64,000 nucleotides of DNA from Mustelus asterias (GCF_964213995.1 NC_135806.1:107260001-107324000); one strand, 5' to 3'. Counted from the stretch's first letter, positions 12,901 through 25,430 are shown. The notes: a model not told the origin generated them from the letters alone. Made by a program: numbers and translations.

Positions 12901-15900
12901 GATATAGCACCTGAACATGGTTGGGGCTAGGACACTACGCTGAGAACTCCTGCAGTATGCTCTGGAACGGAGGTGATTGATCTCCAAGAACCACAATCAT
13001 CTTCATTTGTGCTCGTTATGACTCCAACTAGTGCAGTTTTCCCCCACACCAATTCCCATGAATTCTACTTTTGCTATGGTTTCTTGATGCTACACTTGGT
13101 CAAATGCTGCCTTGATGTCTATGGCAGTTACTCTCACCTCACCTCTTGAGTTCAGCTCTACTGCCCATTTTTGGATTAAGGCTGTAATGAGATCAGGAGC
13201 CGAGTGGTCCTGGCAAAACCCAAACAAGACATCAGTGAGCAGGAGGTAACTGACGAAGTGCTGCTTGATCGCATTGTCAAAGACCCCTTTCATCACTTTG
13301 CTGATGATCAAGAGTACAATGATGGGGTGGTAATTGGCTGGGTTAGAATTGTCCTGTTCTTTGTTAACAGGACATAGCAATTTTCCACATTCCCGGATAG
13401 ATACCAGTGTTGTAGCTGAATTGTAACAGCTTGACTAAGGGTGAAGTTAGTTCTGGAGCACTAGTCCTCAGTGCTATTGCTGGAATGTTGTCAGGGCCCA
13501 TAGCTTTTGTAGCATCCCATGCCTTCAGCCAGTTCTTGATATCACATGGAGTGAATCAAATTGGCTGAAGACTTGTATCTATCTTGCTGGGGACCTCTGA
13601 AGGACGTTGAGATGGATCATCCACTCGGCATTTCTGGCTGAAGATTATTGCAAATGCTTCAGCCTTATCTTTTGCATTGAAGTGCTCCCCATTGAGGACG
13701 GAGATATTATGAAGCCTCCTTTTCCTGTCAACTGTTTAATTGTCCTCCACCATAACGATTGAGGAAAATTTTATGCACCAATATTCACTTTACAACAGAA
13801 TATGCATTATATTATGATAGGATAGACATGTGAACTTATACTTTCAGAGAAATACAGAATCATTACTTTTGTGCAACGACTTCCATCAAAGTAACTGTTC
13901 ATAACACAAGATACATGTCACTGGAAGAACTGACATATTTTCCACATTTGATAGTTATAAAGCATTAACATGGTTTCCTCGTGTGTTACACCAAGGAATG
14001 ACAACTGTGTGACGTGAATTGAGGGGGGTCATCTTCACATCACTATCCGCGTAATTAGACATACTCTTCTGACCTCAGGGCAACTCTACAATTGTAGATC
14101 GGACGTCCATGAACTCAGGGGACCTCTAACACACGCACGCACACAGTTGATTTTTCCCTTTTTTAATATTTTGTTTAACTTGAGTAAAAAAAGGAGCAAG
14201 TTACAATAACTCGTTCAAAATGTCCAATTTTTGGAAGCGTTAGTTTCACGTAGTCTCTCATCGTCATTGCTTTTTACAAGTTTACCTTCATGCTCAATTT
14301 GCTACTTGCAAGAACCCAATTTTTTTTTTTAAAATGAAGAATTAATTTCAGTCATTCTCAACTAAAATAAATTACCTCCAGAACTTCCTGAAGCCGGCGT
14401 TTTAGCTCTTCATTTGACATTTCAACTTGTGAGCCTGCAGGGACAGCATATGTTTTATAAACTTAACACATCGCATTATTCAAAGTAAACAAACTTCAAC
14501 TTTAGCTAAATATGCAATATTCACCTATTGTATGTCACTTTACGGCATCTAAAAACTGATGATTTAGGCATTTCTTTAATTTCTATTTCCAGATGTGCAC
14601 AAATTGGCTGTTGCATTTCCTACATTAAAACATTCAGTTTGGAACTTTCTCAGATTGTGAAAGACGCAATATGAATGCAAGGTTGTTAATCCTTTTATTG
14701 TTTGTCAGGTGATTTCTCAAATCCATCAATAAAAGGAACAGTTGATTTCACATGTTTCAATTGGTCTTTTGCAGTTTAATTATAAAGGACAATTCTCATG
14801 AAGTGTTTGTAAATTAGTTTGTATTGGAAAATAATTAAAGGAACACCTATCTTGAGAACAGATTCAATCGTTGTCCACACCATGCGTAGCTAATTTGCAC
14901 CTAATGTCCCAAGGCTCTCCACAGAAGCATTATAGAACAAATTATGAAGCGGAATCAAAAAAGGAGATATTAGATCAAAGAGGTAGGTTTTAAGAAGCAT
15001 CTTAAGGGAGGAAAACAAGGTGGAGCTGTAGGGATATTCTAGAGCTTTAAGGCAAAGGAACTGAAGGCACAGTTATCAAAGGCCAGAATTCAATGAATGC
15101 AGAGATAGGGAGGGGTGAGGCCATGGAGGGATTTGAAAACAAGGACTTTTAAAATCAAAATGTTGCTTGACCAGGAGCCAATGTATGTCAGTGAGGACAG
15201 TGAATGGGATTTGGTGCCAGTTAACATATGGGTAGAGTTTTAGATTACTTCAAGTTTATAGAGGTTAGAATTTGCAAAACCGACCAGATTTGCTTTGTCA
15301 AGTCGAGAGCTAATAAAGGCATGAATGAGGGCTTCAGCAACAGATCCGTTGAGACAGAATGAAATTGGGCAATGTTATAGAGGGAGTCAGAGTGATGGTG
15401 TGATATGAGACCAGAAGCCCATTTCAGGGTCAAATATGACACCCATGTTGTAAACAGGCCAATTTAATCTCAACAATTGACAGGAAAAAGGATGAGGAAG
15501 TGGCTAAGGAAGAAAATTTGATGCTGGGACCAAAGAAACAATGCTTTCAATCTTCCCAACATTTATGTGGAGGAAATGTCTGCTCATGCAATATTAGATA
15601 TCAGATAAGCAGCCTGATAACTTAATAGCAGTGGAGGAGTCAAGAGAGGTGGCGATGAAGTAGAACTGGGTGTCAAGGGACGACACGTAGATGTGAATAG
15701 GAGGGGGCTGGGGCTGGTTAGCTTAGTTGGCTAGACAGCTAGCATGTGCTTCAAAATAACATCAAAAGTGCTGAGTTTAAACCTGCTCCTGTTAGACTTG
15801 GGGCCTGATTTCTTGCCCTGCCCCAAAGTAAAAATCACAGTGACCCTCAAATAATCTAGGATGGAAGCTGAAGAAGGAGATGAGAGGTGGCCTTGGATGC

Positions 15901-17830
15901 TTGGGGGACACAACAGGTATGTTGCAGGAGCAGGAACAGAAGTGATTCTCTGGTTCCCATTAGATAGATAACAGTGAAATCTGGTGAGAGCAATCCGAAC
16001 TAGCTGGACCACAGAGGAGAGGCATTGGAAGAGGCTGGTATGTTCGACCATGTAAAAGGCTGCAGATAGGCTGGCAAGATGCTCCTTAAGATGCATCTCT
16101 TTGACCACAGCTGGACCACAGAGGAGAGGCATTGGAAGAGGCTGGTATGTTCAACCATGTAAAAGGCTGCAGATAGGCTGGCAAGATGCTCCTTAAGATG
16201 CATCTCTTTGACTTAGCTTTTGGTTATCTGCCCTGACGTCTCCTTAACCTGGATTGGTATCAAATTTTGTTTGATAATGCCGCTGTGAAATGACCTGGGA
16301 TGCTGTGCAGTACTACGTTACGTGTTGTATAAAGTTGCTGTATCTCATTATTCGTAATGTGAGTAATGTCCCATCATTCTAAACTATTTACTGGGACAGG
16401 AGGATGGCAAAAAGGAGAATTCTTTCTGCTATTGTATTCAGCCTGTAGTAAAGGGTTTAAATACTAGGAGATCCAAAGTAAAAACAAGTACGAGAAGGGA
16501 AGACAAAAAGAGCTTATATTTACACCCAACATTTAACAGAGCTGCGAAATAATTTACTGGGAAAACCCCTGGGTAAATGAGATCAATCAAAATTGTGTTG
16601 GGCTGTTTTAAGGATAAAGTCATGAGATCCAAGAGTTCTGCCCTTTTTTAAAAGAAAATTACTCCTTTCTCATCATATCCTTCAATCCCATCCCTCTCCA
16701 AAACCTAATTGGCTGTCAAGACCATTTAAAATTTCTGCTTCAGTAGAGTTCCTTTATAACTTATCTCACGAATATTACTTGCCCCTAATTTTTCACCCAG
16801 TGCTATTCTGGACACCCCCATTGACTCACCATTCTGACTTGGAACTATCCTGTCAATCCTTCACTGTCATTGGATCAAAATCCTGGAACTCCCTCCCTAA
16901 TAGCATTGTGGCTGTACCTACACCACAGGGACTGCAGGGATTCAATAACTTACCACCACAATCTGAAGGACAATGAGGGATGAGAAATAAATGCTGGCCT
17001 AGCCAGCAATGCCCTTACTTCACAAACTAATTTTTAAAAACTTAAGAAAGGACAAACTTTGATTTGTACTTTGTCCATTTGTTAATTAAAATTGCATTCT
17101 TTACCATAAAAAAGTATTGCATTGTTACAAGGGTTTATCCACTTTTGAACCTAGATTGTACGTGTATACATAAATGTGCTTTTCACCCCTTTATAGCTCA
17201 CAGCCCATCCCTTAGTATCAGTAAATTTTACTCTTAATTTTTAGAACAAGTCACAACACTAAAAATGTTCGGGATGTCGAACTATTGCATTTAGGTTAAG
17301 GAGCACGAATAGCTACCAAGCCAGAGTTTTCAACCAAGCTAAGAATGAGTGAGGCTTAAAAACATTATAATCACTATAACTAAAGTGCTATGCTTTCATT
17401 CAAAACGTATGACAGGTATTTAAAACTTGAGACAGACATTAAAGATTCACAACTTATCAAACCTAATCTTCATAGTTATGCACATTGCAAGCAGTCATAG
17501 TCTTAAAAAGTGAACTTTACCATTACTGCACGACCACCTGCTAGTACTCATCCCGTCAGAAGCTGTTCGTTTATGGAATGAATTATAGAGGCTGCTGTAT
17601 TTTGTCCAATGGGAAAACGTAAACCCATTCTTTTCATCCACTTTTACATTCCGACTAGAAATAGAGTCATCAACATCTGATCCTTGTCTTGATCTTGTGG
17701 TCTCAGCAACTGATCCGTGTTTCTGTTGATAAATTCCGCCAGGTTTCCTGCGGAGGCCATCACCCAAATCTCCGCTTGACATATCATCCTCTTCTTGCAC
17801 GTGTACCTCAGTTCCGTGTCTCTCAGACAT
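827..17830 (-). CDS. CCDC125: Coiled-coil domain-containing protein 125, 5' part. Spliced CDS: join(17830..17521,14434..14376,11847..11761,9022..8945,4229..4144,2892..2810,942..827); continues beyond window start
   Basis: Seven GT-AG exons join in frame. Peptides EEDDMSSGDLGDGLRRKPGGIY, SNEELKRRLQEVLE, KATTHTKTLLQKT and EINVLQWE resemble human CCDC125 as recalled. Syntenic with AK6 and RAD17. Confidence 0.92.
1808..2144 (+). mobile_element. HE1-type V-SINE, full length, young, CR1/HER1-type tail
   Basis: tRNA-like head (box A gcacagtggttagc, box B ggttcgattcc), core gtgggtttcctccgggtgctccggtttcctccca, tail gggccgaatgacctccttctgcactgtagg plus ctatgatt. Confidence 0.9.
2810..2892 (-). CDS. CCDC125: CCDC125 coding exon 6 (83 nt)
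   Basis: MYIENAELTKTLEAKDAEIRDLKSENA, inside ORF 2718..2981, cag/gtgag boundaries. Confidence 0.92.
3347..3538. mobile_element. Penelope-like fold-back mini-element with a perfect 78-bp inverted repeat and a TSD
   Basis: Arms 3381-3458 and 3461-3538. Direct repeat catcaccatgat at 3338-3349 and 3539-3550. Homologous to the element at 10791. Confidence 0.85.
4144..4229 (-). CDS. CCDC125: CCDC125 coding exon 5 (86 nt)
   Basis: EINVLQWENDLKQDKFKNVEQFWITRYDR, cag/gttag boundaries. Confidence 0.92.
5060..5572 (+). mobile_element. Rex1/Babar-like LINE 3' fragment
   Basis: Decayed RT reading FADDTTVVGRISNNDETE...NNLSLNVN. Its tail resumes at ~6372 after a CR1 insertion. Confidence 0.75.
5573..6370 (-). 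mobile_element. CR1-type LINE 3' fragment, relatively young
   Basis: ORF 5767..6114 reads QYWSPYLRKDILALEGVQRRFTRLIP...GLYSLEFRRLRGDLIETYKI; CR1 3' UTR follows. Confidence 0.9.
6885..8340. mobile_element. Old CR1 fragments (+ strand 6885-7400, - strand ~7610-8340)
   Basis: Degenerate RT motifs (YLDFQKAFNKVP, GKLCSTNLLEFF). Confidence 0.7.
8945..9022 (-). CDS. CCDC125: CCDC125 coding exon 4 (78 nt)
   Basis: AVLDKATTHTKTLLQKTGERNKILEK, cag/gtaa boundaries. Confidence 0.92.
9340..9715 (-). mobile_element. tRNA-derived SINE of a second family (also ~20610-20940 and ~51700-52030), sharing its tail with the LINE at 12000-13760
   Basis: Three homologous copies share ggcagatttccttccctaaagg...acaacaat...aaattcccagctg; tRNA-like head on the minus strand. 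Confidence 0.65.
10136..10402 (-). mobile_element. HE1-head SINE with alternative tail
   Basis: HE1 head and core, then tail cccgaacaggtg...ggggattttcacagtaacttcattgcagtg. Confidence 0.85.
10405..10790 (+). mobile_element. CR1-type LINE 3' fragment
   Basis: HLEYSEQFWSP...LEAVQRRFMTLI-like decayed frame. Confidence 0.8.
10791..11080 (-). mobile_element. Penelope-like element 3' (pLTR) fragment with a minimal hammerhead motif at 10887-10923
   Basis: Minus strand reads CAC-CCGAAGA-A-GGGGC-TTGGA-GCTCC-GAAA-GCTT-GTG. First ~105 nt nearly identical to 3347-3455. Confidence 0.75.
11761..11847 (-). CDS. CCDC125: CCDC125 coding exon 3 (87 nt)
   Basis: EAEFLRSELEVTQQQLEGKYEALKILQGM, cag/gtgag boundaries. 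Confidence 0.92.
12000..13755 (-). mobile_element. Non-LTR retrotransposon (CR1/L2-group RT), decayed ~1.7 kb copy
   Basis: ORF 13090..13380 reads NPANYHPI...ISKVM...DIKAAFDQV. Its 3' tail (gggcaataaatgctggcc) recurs at ~9945, 11360, 16830, 26900, 37040 and 53745. Confidence 0.85.
14376..14434 (-). CDS. CCDC125: CCDC125 coding exon 2 (59 nt)
   Basis: (G)SQVEMSNEELKRRLQEVLE, cag/gt boundaries, phase consistent. Confidence 0.9.
14880..16080 (-). mobile_element. Old L2-like LINE fragments
   Basis: Similar to decayed copies at ~20200, 22290, 23380, 27170 and 32640; ends in ccttaaaacctacctctttgacc-type L2 tail. Confidence 0.55.
16002..16212. repeat. Tandem duplication, 2 x 104 bp (period 107), 1 mismatch
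   Basis: agctggaccacagagg...gcatctctttgac at 16002-16105 and 16109-16212. Confidence 0.95.
17521..17830 (-). CDS. CCDC125: CCDC125 first coding exon (exon spans 17862..17521, ATG at 17830)
   Basis: MSERHGTEVHVQEEDDMSSGDLGDGLRRKPGGIY...RWSCSN. Acceptor tttctgcag before 17862, donor gtaaag after 17521. Confidence 0.9.
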
Positions 17831-19315
17831 GAGGAGCTGCACAGGTCCAGCTGCCCAATTATCTGCAGAAAGAAAACTGGCAGATGGAGAAAACAAGCAT
17901 ATTTTAAAATAAAGCAAAAGATAAGTTACTTGGTATTATGTTAAGCTGACAATCAGCTTTAGAAAGAAATTAACTCTAAAGTACTAGTTTTATCTTCTGA
18001 GGTATATTCTAATATCAGCTATTGCAGGTACTTGAAGTTTTAACAAATGGAATTGTAAAGAGGGATTTCATCTGCTCCCTATATTTCACTTACAAATCTT
18101 TCATACCCATTTAATTTTACAGGTTTAGGGTGGCTATGGAAAAGGACAAAGAACAATCCAGAGTAAGAATAATTAACTGGGGGAAAGGAACTTCAGTGGA
18201 ATAAGACTGTGTCCTCAGCCCCTTACTATACTCCTCATATACTTATGACCATGTGGCCAAATTCCACTTTTGCATTCATAGTGACCATCATGAAGTATCA
18301 ATTTATAGATTTAGGTTAACTAGGGCAGAGCATTCAAGTTTCACTGCATCCCAATTTTTAACTTTGCTTCTATTTTCAAAGCAGAGATAGTGAAAAAAGC
18401 CAGCCTTCATCACTGCACTGCCCAACCATTTTGATTTATCCCCTCATTCCTGAAGACACTGACTGCCTCCATGGAGGGCATTCCAACAGGTAGCAGTCCT
18501 ACCTGCAGGTACCTCACCCAAATGATCATTATTATTGAAACTGACAGCAAGTACACGCTCTGTGACTATGATGCATTTCAAAACCATGTTTGAACTTCCA
18601 GGCTTACCCAGTAAGCATAAGTCAACAAATCAGGCATTCCAGCTACAGGTAAATCAACATATTTAAACATTGAAATTACTGCCAATATGGAATATCATTC
18701 TAACATATTTGATCACTGACATTTGCATCAGCAACAAGCTGATTCGGCCCATAGGGAAATCCAGACCCTTTACATTTCAAATATGCCCTTTTGATCTACC
18801 ATGCCCATGCACACAGGGAGTCAAGACCAAGTACAACACTCAGGAAAAGCAGGGTTATGGAATGGGGTAGGTAATTGGACTGAGGGGGAGCAGGAGGAGT
18901 AGGGCAACCAAGTCAAGTTCCACCCAGGCCCCAGCTTTCAGATTAATTGATTAAATGTGAACACCCAATAAAAGGGGGTGAACAAATTAATTCCATAAAG
19001 ACTAATACAAGACCATGAGGTTAGTGGAAATAAACTACTGGAACCGTTTATTAATACATCTATCCTCTAGCAGTCAGCACAAGACTGGCTAAGCAAGCTC
19101 CACTCAGGGTGGTGATTGAGTCCATTCTCTTAAACGGGCATGGTACAACATGCATAACAGTGCTCTGCTGTTTTTGTTGAGTATCAACTCCATCCTTTAC
19201 AGGGTGGATGTTTCCCCATTCAAAAGCCACCCATTTTCCTGTGATTACTTGTCAAGTTTGCCATTTATCTTGTCAGGGTTGGCAAACCGTATGATCGTAA
19301 ATTAGCACATCAGTT

Positions 19316-19331
19316 GGGGGGGGGGGGGGGG

Positions 19332-19363
<32 letters not shown>
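19316..19363. repeat. Poly(G)19 followed by a (GA)n microsatellite
   Basis: Direct reading. Confidence 0.95.
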
Positions 19364-19369
<6 letters not shown>

Positions 19370-21011
19370 TGCCATCTATAATAGATTCTTATCGCATTGA
19401 AGACACCTGTCTGCTTTTGAAGAGTGTTTTATCAGCCATTAGTAGCTTCTCAGACAGGTTAGAACTGTTAATGTTGAAATCCTGTCACAATGACGTGCTT
19501 CAGTTGTATGTCAGAGCAGCTGTTACTAATTGGGGAAAGGGACAGGCATTATTCTTAAATATACACAAGGACTGGTTTCTGCCTGTGTCAGGGGAAGGAA
19601 AAGAAAGCCTGTGCTCTTTGGGTTTTAAAAATAAATCTATGTTAAGCAAAGACAAGCTTCAGATTCTTCCTTTACGCAGTGAATTATAACAAGGACTTGT
19701 TCCACTACTATTACTCACTAAAAAAGGTGGATTATATTAAGTCTGCAATAGACATCATCTGTCAACTACTGATAGCTGTGTAATGGGGGCTAGATGGGGA
19801 GATTTCACTATTAAAACCAAGGTGATGGGAAGGGCTTTTCACCCAATATCATTTGGTAGGCATTAACTCTGAAATAGATAATTTTGACACATACAAGAAA
19901 AAACAGAAGTAAAAGCTGACACTTATAATTTACCTTCCTACCAGATAACATAGGTTTTAGTGCAGTTTGAAATAGAATATTGTAACAAACTCAAAACTTT
20001 AATATACAATAGCTATAAATCAACTCATATTTGCCTCAGTAATTCCAAGTTAGGGCTTCCTGATCAGCATTTAAACAAAACAAAGATATTTGCCAAAATA
20101 AAAAACTCTACAAATCCAGAAGTGGTTTGGATTAACTGAAGAGCTTCCAACCCCTTCATAATTTTACCATAATGATCTTCTACTTACCTCCTTTCAACAG
20201 TGCTCATCTCCATCCCTGCCTCACACTCATCTAGATCTCAAATCCTCAGCCATGTTCTTTGCTACCTGCAGTTTTGACTATTCTAGTGCTCTCCTGTCGA
20301 GACTCTCATTCTCCATAACTTCGGTTCACCCAAAACTCTGCTGTGTGTATCCTAACCTGCACAAGTCACTCTCACGTCATCCCCATGCTCACTGGCCTAT
20401 ATTAGCTTCTGACATGCTTTTGTTGTCATATTTTCCAATCATTTGTGCCGCTTGGATGTTATTTTTGGTACTCTTCTTTGTGTACCCATTGTTATTTTCT
20501 ATTCTTTCCCTGCTATCATAGATGGCTCAGTTCACCAGCACTTCAAATTTAACATTTTTATCCTCACGTACAAATCCCAATATAATTTCAAACTTCAGTA
20601 TCTCTTTTTTTTTATTCACTTGCTGGGTTTTGCAGACAAAGCCAACATTTATTGTCCATCCCTGATGTGCTGAGTGGTTGACTGAGCCACTTCAGAGGGC
20701 ACATAAAGAGTTAGATATAGGCCATATCAAACGAGGACAACAGGTTTCCTTCCTTAAAAAGATTTTAAAGAACCAGATGGATTTAGACAACAATCGGGTA
20801 GTTTCATGGTCATCATTACAGACACTAGCTTTTTATTTAAGATTTAGTTAAGTAACCAAATTTAAATTCCCCAGCTGCTGCGATGCGGTTTAAATCCATG
20901 TCTCCAGATCATCAGCCCAGACCTCTGGATTATGGATCTAGCTTGTAATGGCCATGTTCCCAGCTTGATCAGCCCCCCAAACCCTCTGTTTTTCTAATTT
21001 TGACCTCCTTC

Positions 21012-21312
21012 CATTTTATTTATTTATTCGTGTCACAAGTAGGCTTACATTAACACTTCAATGAAGTTACTGTGAAAATCCCCTAATCCCCACACTCCGG
21101 CGCCTGTTCGGTCGGGTACACCGAGGGAGAATTTGGCATGGCCAGTGCACCTAACCAGCACGTCTTTCAGACTATGGGAGGAAATTGTAGCACCTGGAGG
21201 AAACCCACGCAGACACAGGGAGAATGTGCAGACTCCACACAGACAGTGACTCAAGCCAAGAATTGAACCTGGGTCCCTGGCACTGTGAGGCAGCAGTGCT
21301 AACCACTGTGCC
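21012..21312 (-). mobile_element. HE1-head SINE with alternative tail
   Basis: Same structure as 10136-10402. Confidence 0.88.
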
Positions 21313-23994
21313 TTTTGTATCACCATTGATGGTCATCCTTTTAGCCCCTAGTCTGATTTTCATTCCATAAAGCCATCTGTTTCTCCACCTTCCTCTAATC
21401 CTTTAAGACCCATCTTAAAAGCTTATCCTCCTTGACCAATCTTTGGTCACCACTCCTTGTTTGAGTTACTGCCTATATTCTTACCGCACCTCTGTGCAGC
21501 ATTTTAAGTAATTTTGCTATATTCTAGATACTCTATAAATAAAAAATAATTTGAGACCCATTCAACAAAGCAATATAAAAAATCCTTGTGCTTATCCTTT
21601 AACTAGGGAATCTCTAATAATTCAATAAAGCCATTCTTACGCTATAAAATTTTACTTAATTAATTCTACTAACTCCCAATGTAATATTTTTCATTAATCA
21701 ATATCTTAATAAACGGCAAGGCCTAATAACACCAAATAATAAAGCATAACCCAGATGAGCTGCGAAATGGAGAAATGTCTTTAATGGAAATATTACTGAT
21801 AGAAAATTCAACGTGTTAATAAAATGAAAACAATTCTTACTTCCTGAGAACTTAGCTAAATTCCAAATTTATTTGGTGCTACAAATTTGTTGAAACAGTA
21901 TCAGTGCTCTCCCAGCATTCAGAAGGATTGTCAACATCAGAGCCCATACTTAAGTTTCAACCATTTGGAAACAGAACATTCTGCATCTATAATCCCATCA
22001 ATAAATGCACGTTAACCTTCTTTTGCATATGATGTAATACACTAGCAAAACCTGTTTGCATGTAATCCACTGCGAACAGAAGACATTTAAACTTTTGTAA
22101 AACTCAGAATTCAACAGACAAACAAAAAGAACGGCAGCCTTCGATTAGCAGCATTACAGGAACAGAAAAAAATCAAGTATTGTGAAAACCTTCCAAGGGG
22201 AAAGGCAATAAAATTAGTTGTGGTATTACAAATAGGAACAAAAAAAGATCTAAAGTACTCCATAAGCTTGAGGTTGTTCAATTTACTGTCACGGTCTAAC
22301 TCAAATCAAGTCCCATTCACCCATCACCCATGTTTGTTGACCTACATTGACTCCCACTCAACCAATGCCATGATTTGAAAACTTTGTTTGCAAGTCCTTC
22401 CCTTCCTTTCTATGTAATTTTCTCCAGTCCCCACAACCTTCTGAGATAACTGGTCTCTTGAGCATCCTCTACTTAGCACTTAGCGATGTCTAGGCTCTAA
22501 GTTCTGGACTTCCCTCCCTAAGTTTTTCCACCTTTCTTCCCGCCTTTAATTAATCCTTAAAAGCTACCTCTTTGACCAAGCTTTTGGCCATCTGCCCAAA
22601 TGTTACCATATGCAGCTCACAGTCAAAACATTATGCTTTGTAACATTCCTGTGAAGCACTTGGAACATTAAAAGATGCCACTTAAATTCATAGCACCATT
22701 GTAAAGGAGGGACACAAAAGATAAGCTGGTTAAATCTTAGGCAGAAATGATGGTGATATAATTAACAAAATTGCCTATTTATTTCCATGAGTGAGTAATC
22801 TACAGAAGAGCACAGAAATGTTTCTGAGAAAGTTCTTCGGGTAGAAAGAAATTATACAAGAAAGTTAATTTTCACACACTGGGGATAAATTTGAGTGAAA
22901 ATAAATTTTAAAACATTTCTGAAGCATACCTTTCTCCTTCAGTTATTAACTAAACTGCTTCACTTTTTTTGTAATATCTAAAATAGTAACCACTGCAACA
23001 AAGTTGAGTTGTTAAATCTAGATTTCGAACAAGAAATGATTAGCATCTTGATGAATAAGGATGAACAAAGCCTTTAGCTCATCAAGAGGCAAAAGAAGCT
23101 ATTATAATCATAGGTGATTTCAATGTTTTAAGAATCCAGTGGCAGACCACAGAAAACTGAAAAGGTGAATTACTGGAGAATCAAGAGCTGCACCTAGGCA
23201 TGTTATAACTTAGCCTGGGCTTTCTGATCAGTCAATATTAGTTTCATGATCCTATCCCATTGGCAGTGCACTGAGGCATTGCATAATCACACACATATTC
23301 TAAAGCACAAAAGCTGTGTTTTTTTGTCTTTAACATAGTAAAGCAAGCCAACATGCTGCACAGGTACACAATCAGAAAATAAATGACACTCAGTCAAAGT
23401 AGCAGCTATTAGCACAGGAAAAAAAAAGGCTTGGTCAAAGACGCAGTACTTAAGGGGCCGTGAAGAGAGGTTTCGCAAGGTAATTTGAGTTTAGGACCAA
23501 GGCAGTTGAAGGCACCGCTACCAAGTCAGGTTTGCACAATGGGAACGTTGAATGAACATGAAGCTCTTGTCAGAGTTTTAGGGTTAGACAAGGTTACAGC
23601 GAGATACAAAAGGAGCAAGAAGGCTATCATGAAATTTGGGCACCAAATTGAGAATTTTAAATTAGAGGTTGACGGTGATCAACAGCCATCAACACTGACT
23701 AGATTGATATATCAGACATGCATGTTAAATTTACATCCCACTTGAGAATCATAAATTTCACTCCTAACAATGTGGTGAATTTACACCACTGATCTGCAGG
23801 CAGTGAGTGGGGTTGTTTGGGTCAATCTGAATGCCAGATGCAGAAGCAGCAGCAGACCTCAGAAAACCTGCTCTACAACTCCCGAAAACTGGTGCCTTTT
23901 TTCTAGGGCAAAAGAAACAAATGTCCATCTTTATAACAGCCTGCAGGCGGAAGGAAGCAGCATGTTGTTCCTGAATGAATATTACAATAATTAT

Positions 23995-24245
23995 AGGGCG
24001 CCGGCCACCGACCTGAGCCTCCTTCCTCTCCCCTCACTAGAGACCGGCTCACACGGAAAGAAAGCCCCGCTCTTACCGACCCCGATCAGCCGCTTCCCAC
24101 TTGTCGGATCCGCGAAAAACTTTCCGCCTCTTTCCCCGGAAAACAAATGGCGGAAATCCAGACCCACGTGACCCGGCCGTGACGTCACCTCCCTCCAGGT
24201 GAGGGCTCAGGTAAGCGGAGTCTGAACAAACTTGCGCAACTCCAC
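23995..24245. promoter_or_regulatory. CCDC125: CpG-island promoter and putative non-coding exon 1 of CCDC125 (minus-strand donor CG|GTAAG, exon ending at 24077)
   Basis: CpG-rich patch in CpG-depleted DNA. CACGTG E-box 24165-24170, TGACGTCA CRE 24180-24187, TTGCGCAA C/EBP-type palindrome 24232-24239, AAATGGCGG YY1-like motif ~24145-24153. Confidence 0.75.
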
Positions 24246-25024
24246 CAGTTGCTGCAGTCACCACATCCTATACTATCACCCTGCAAACCAAAAATATTCC
24301 TTTTCACCAACAGGGAATGTGGAATCACATTGTACCTGGGACAACTGAAAGAAGCGAACTTCAATCCTTGCCTAAACTTTGAATTAATTGAGAAACTTCA
24401 TCCTGCTAAATGGAAATCTTATATGGCAAGTTACAAATCAGAGTAGATTAGTTTATCGCCATAATTCGTCCCAACATTCCTCTCAGTCGATGTAAAAACA
24501 GTTTGTGAAGGAGAAACTAAACAAAGCAGTACTGTACCTGATCAGGGAGTCATGTCCAATTATTTTTTTAATTGGAGAAGTTACATTAAAACAGAGAAAG
24601 ATGGATATGCCACGTTTTGAGTAGTAGTTTAGTTTTAACTTTAAAAACAAACACTCAAGACAGCAGTTAGTGATGCCATAAATAAGTGAAAATAAAATGT
24701 ATTCAGTTTAATTGAATCGTCACATCTCTTTTGGGCATATACCAAGTTGCATTTCACATTGGTGCAGAAGTACGCAAGCTTTTCTGTCCAAGTGCATTAG
24801 TGTTAAATTACTGCTGCCTTTCTCCTCCCAGATGGGAGTGTGTGTGTGTACCAAATACACACACTCTACAACTCCCATCAATGCTACTTCACATTTGTTC
24901 AGAAACTATTGCAATGGTGAGTGGAAAATCAGCATTGAAAAAGTTAGTTTTGCCCCTCCTCCATATTATTCAGTGCTATATTGCAACTCATGCCATTAGT
25001 TAAAGGACTAATTTTTTTTAAAAA

Positions 25025-25430
25025 TGCATTTCAATAGCACTTTATGATCTCAGGATGCCCCAAAGCATTCCACAGCCAATGAAGTACTTTTGAAGTTTAG
25101 TTACTGTCGTAATGTTGGAAAACAACAAAGCAAGCTCTCACAATCAACCAGATAATCTGTTTGTGTTGTTGGTAGAAAGATAAATATTGGCTAGGAAACC
25201 AATGCACTGCTCTTCTTCAAAATAGTACAATGGCATCTTTTACACACATTCAGAAAGCAAACAGAACCTCAGTTTAATGTCTCATCTGATAAAAAGTCAC
25301 TTCAGACAGTACAGCATTGCCCTGAGGATGTTGACCTACATTTTGCACTCAAGTCTCGAGTGGGTCTTGAACTCTTCTGAGTTGAGCAAAACCTTCTGAG
25401 GTGAGAATGTTCCCAATCTATCACAGCTGA
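25025..25430 (-). mobile_element. Deu-domain SINE (SacSINE1-like); other pieces at ~250-460, 14590-14690, 34470-34665, 46340-46540 and 49515-49800
   Basis: Deu-domain-like motif cacagccaatgaagtacttttgaag...gtaatgt; tRNA-like head at ~25360-25430. Confidence 0.7.

Noticed and set aside
15731-16203. ORFs with an internally repeated peptide MHLKEHLASLSAAF
   Set aside because: Produced by the 107-bp tandem duplication in decayed LINE sequence.
17831-17917. N-terminal extension of ORF 17495..17917
   Set aside because: It runs through the splice acceptor at 17863 into intron sequence; the likely start is the ATG at 17830.
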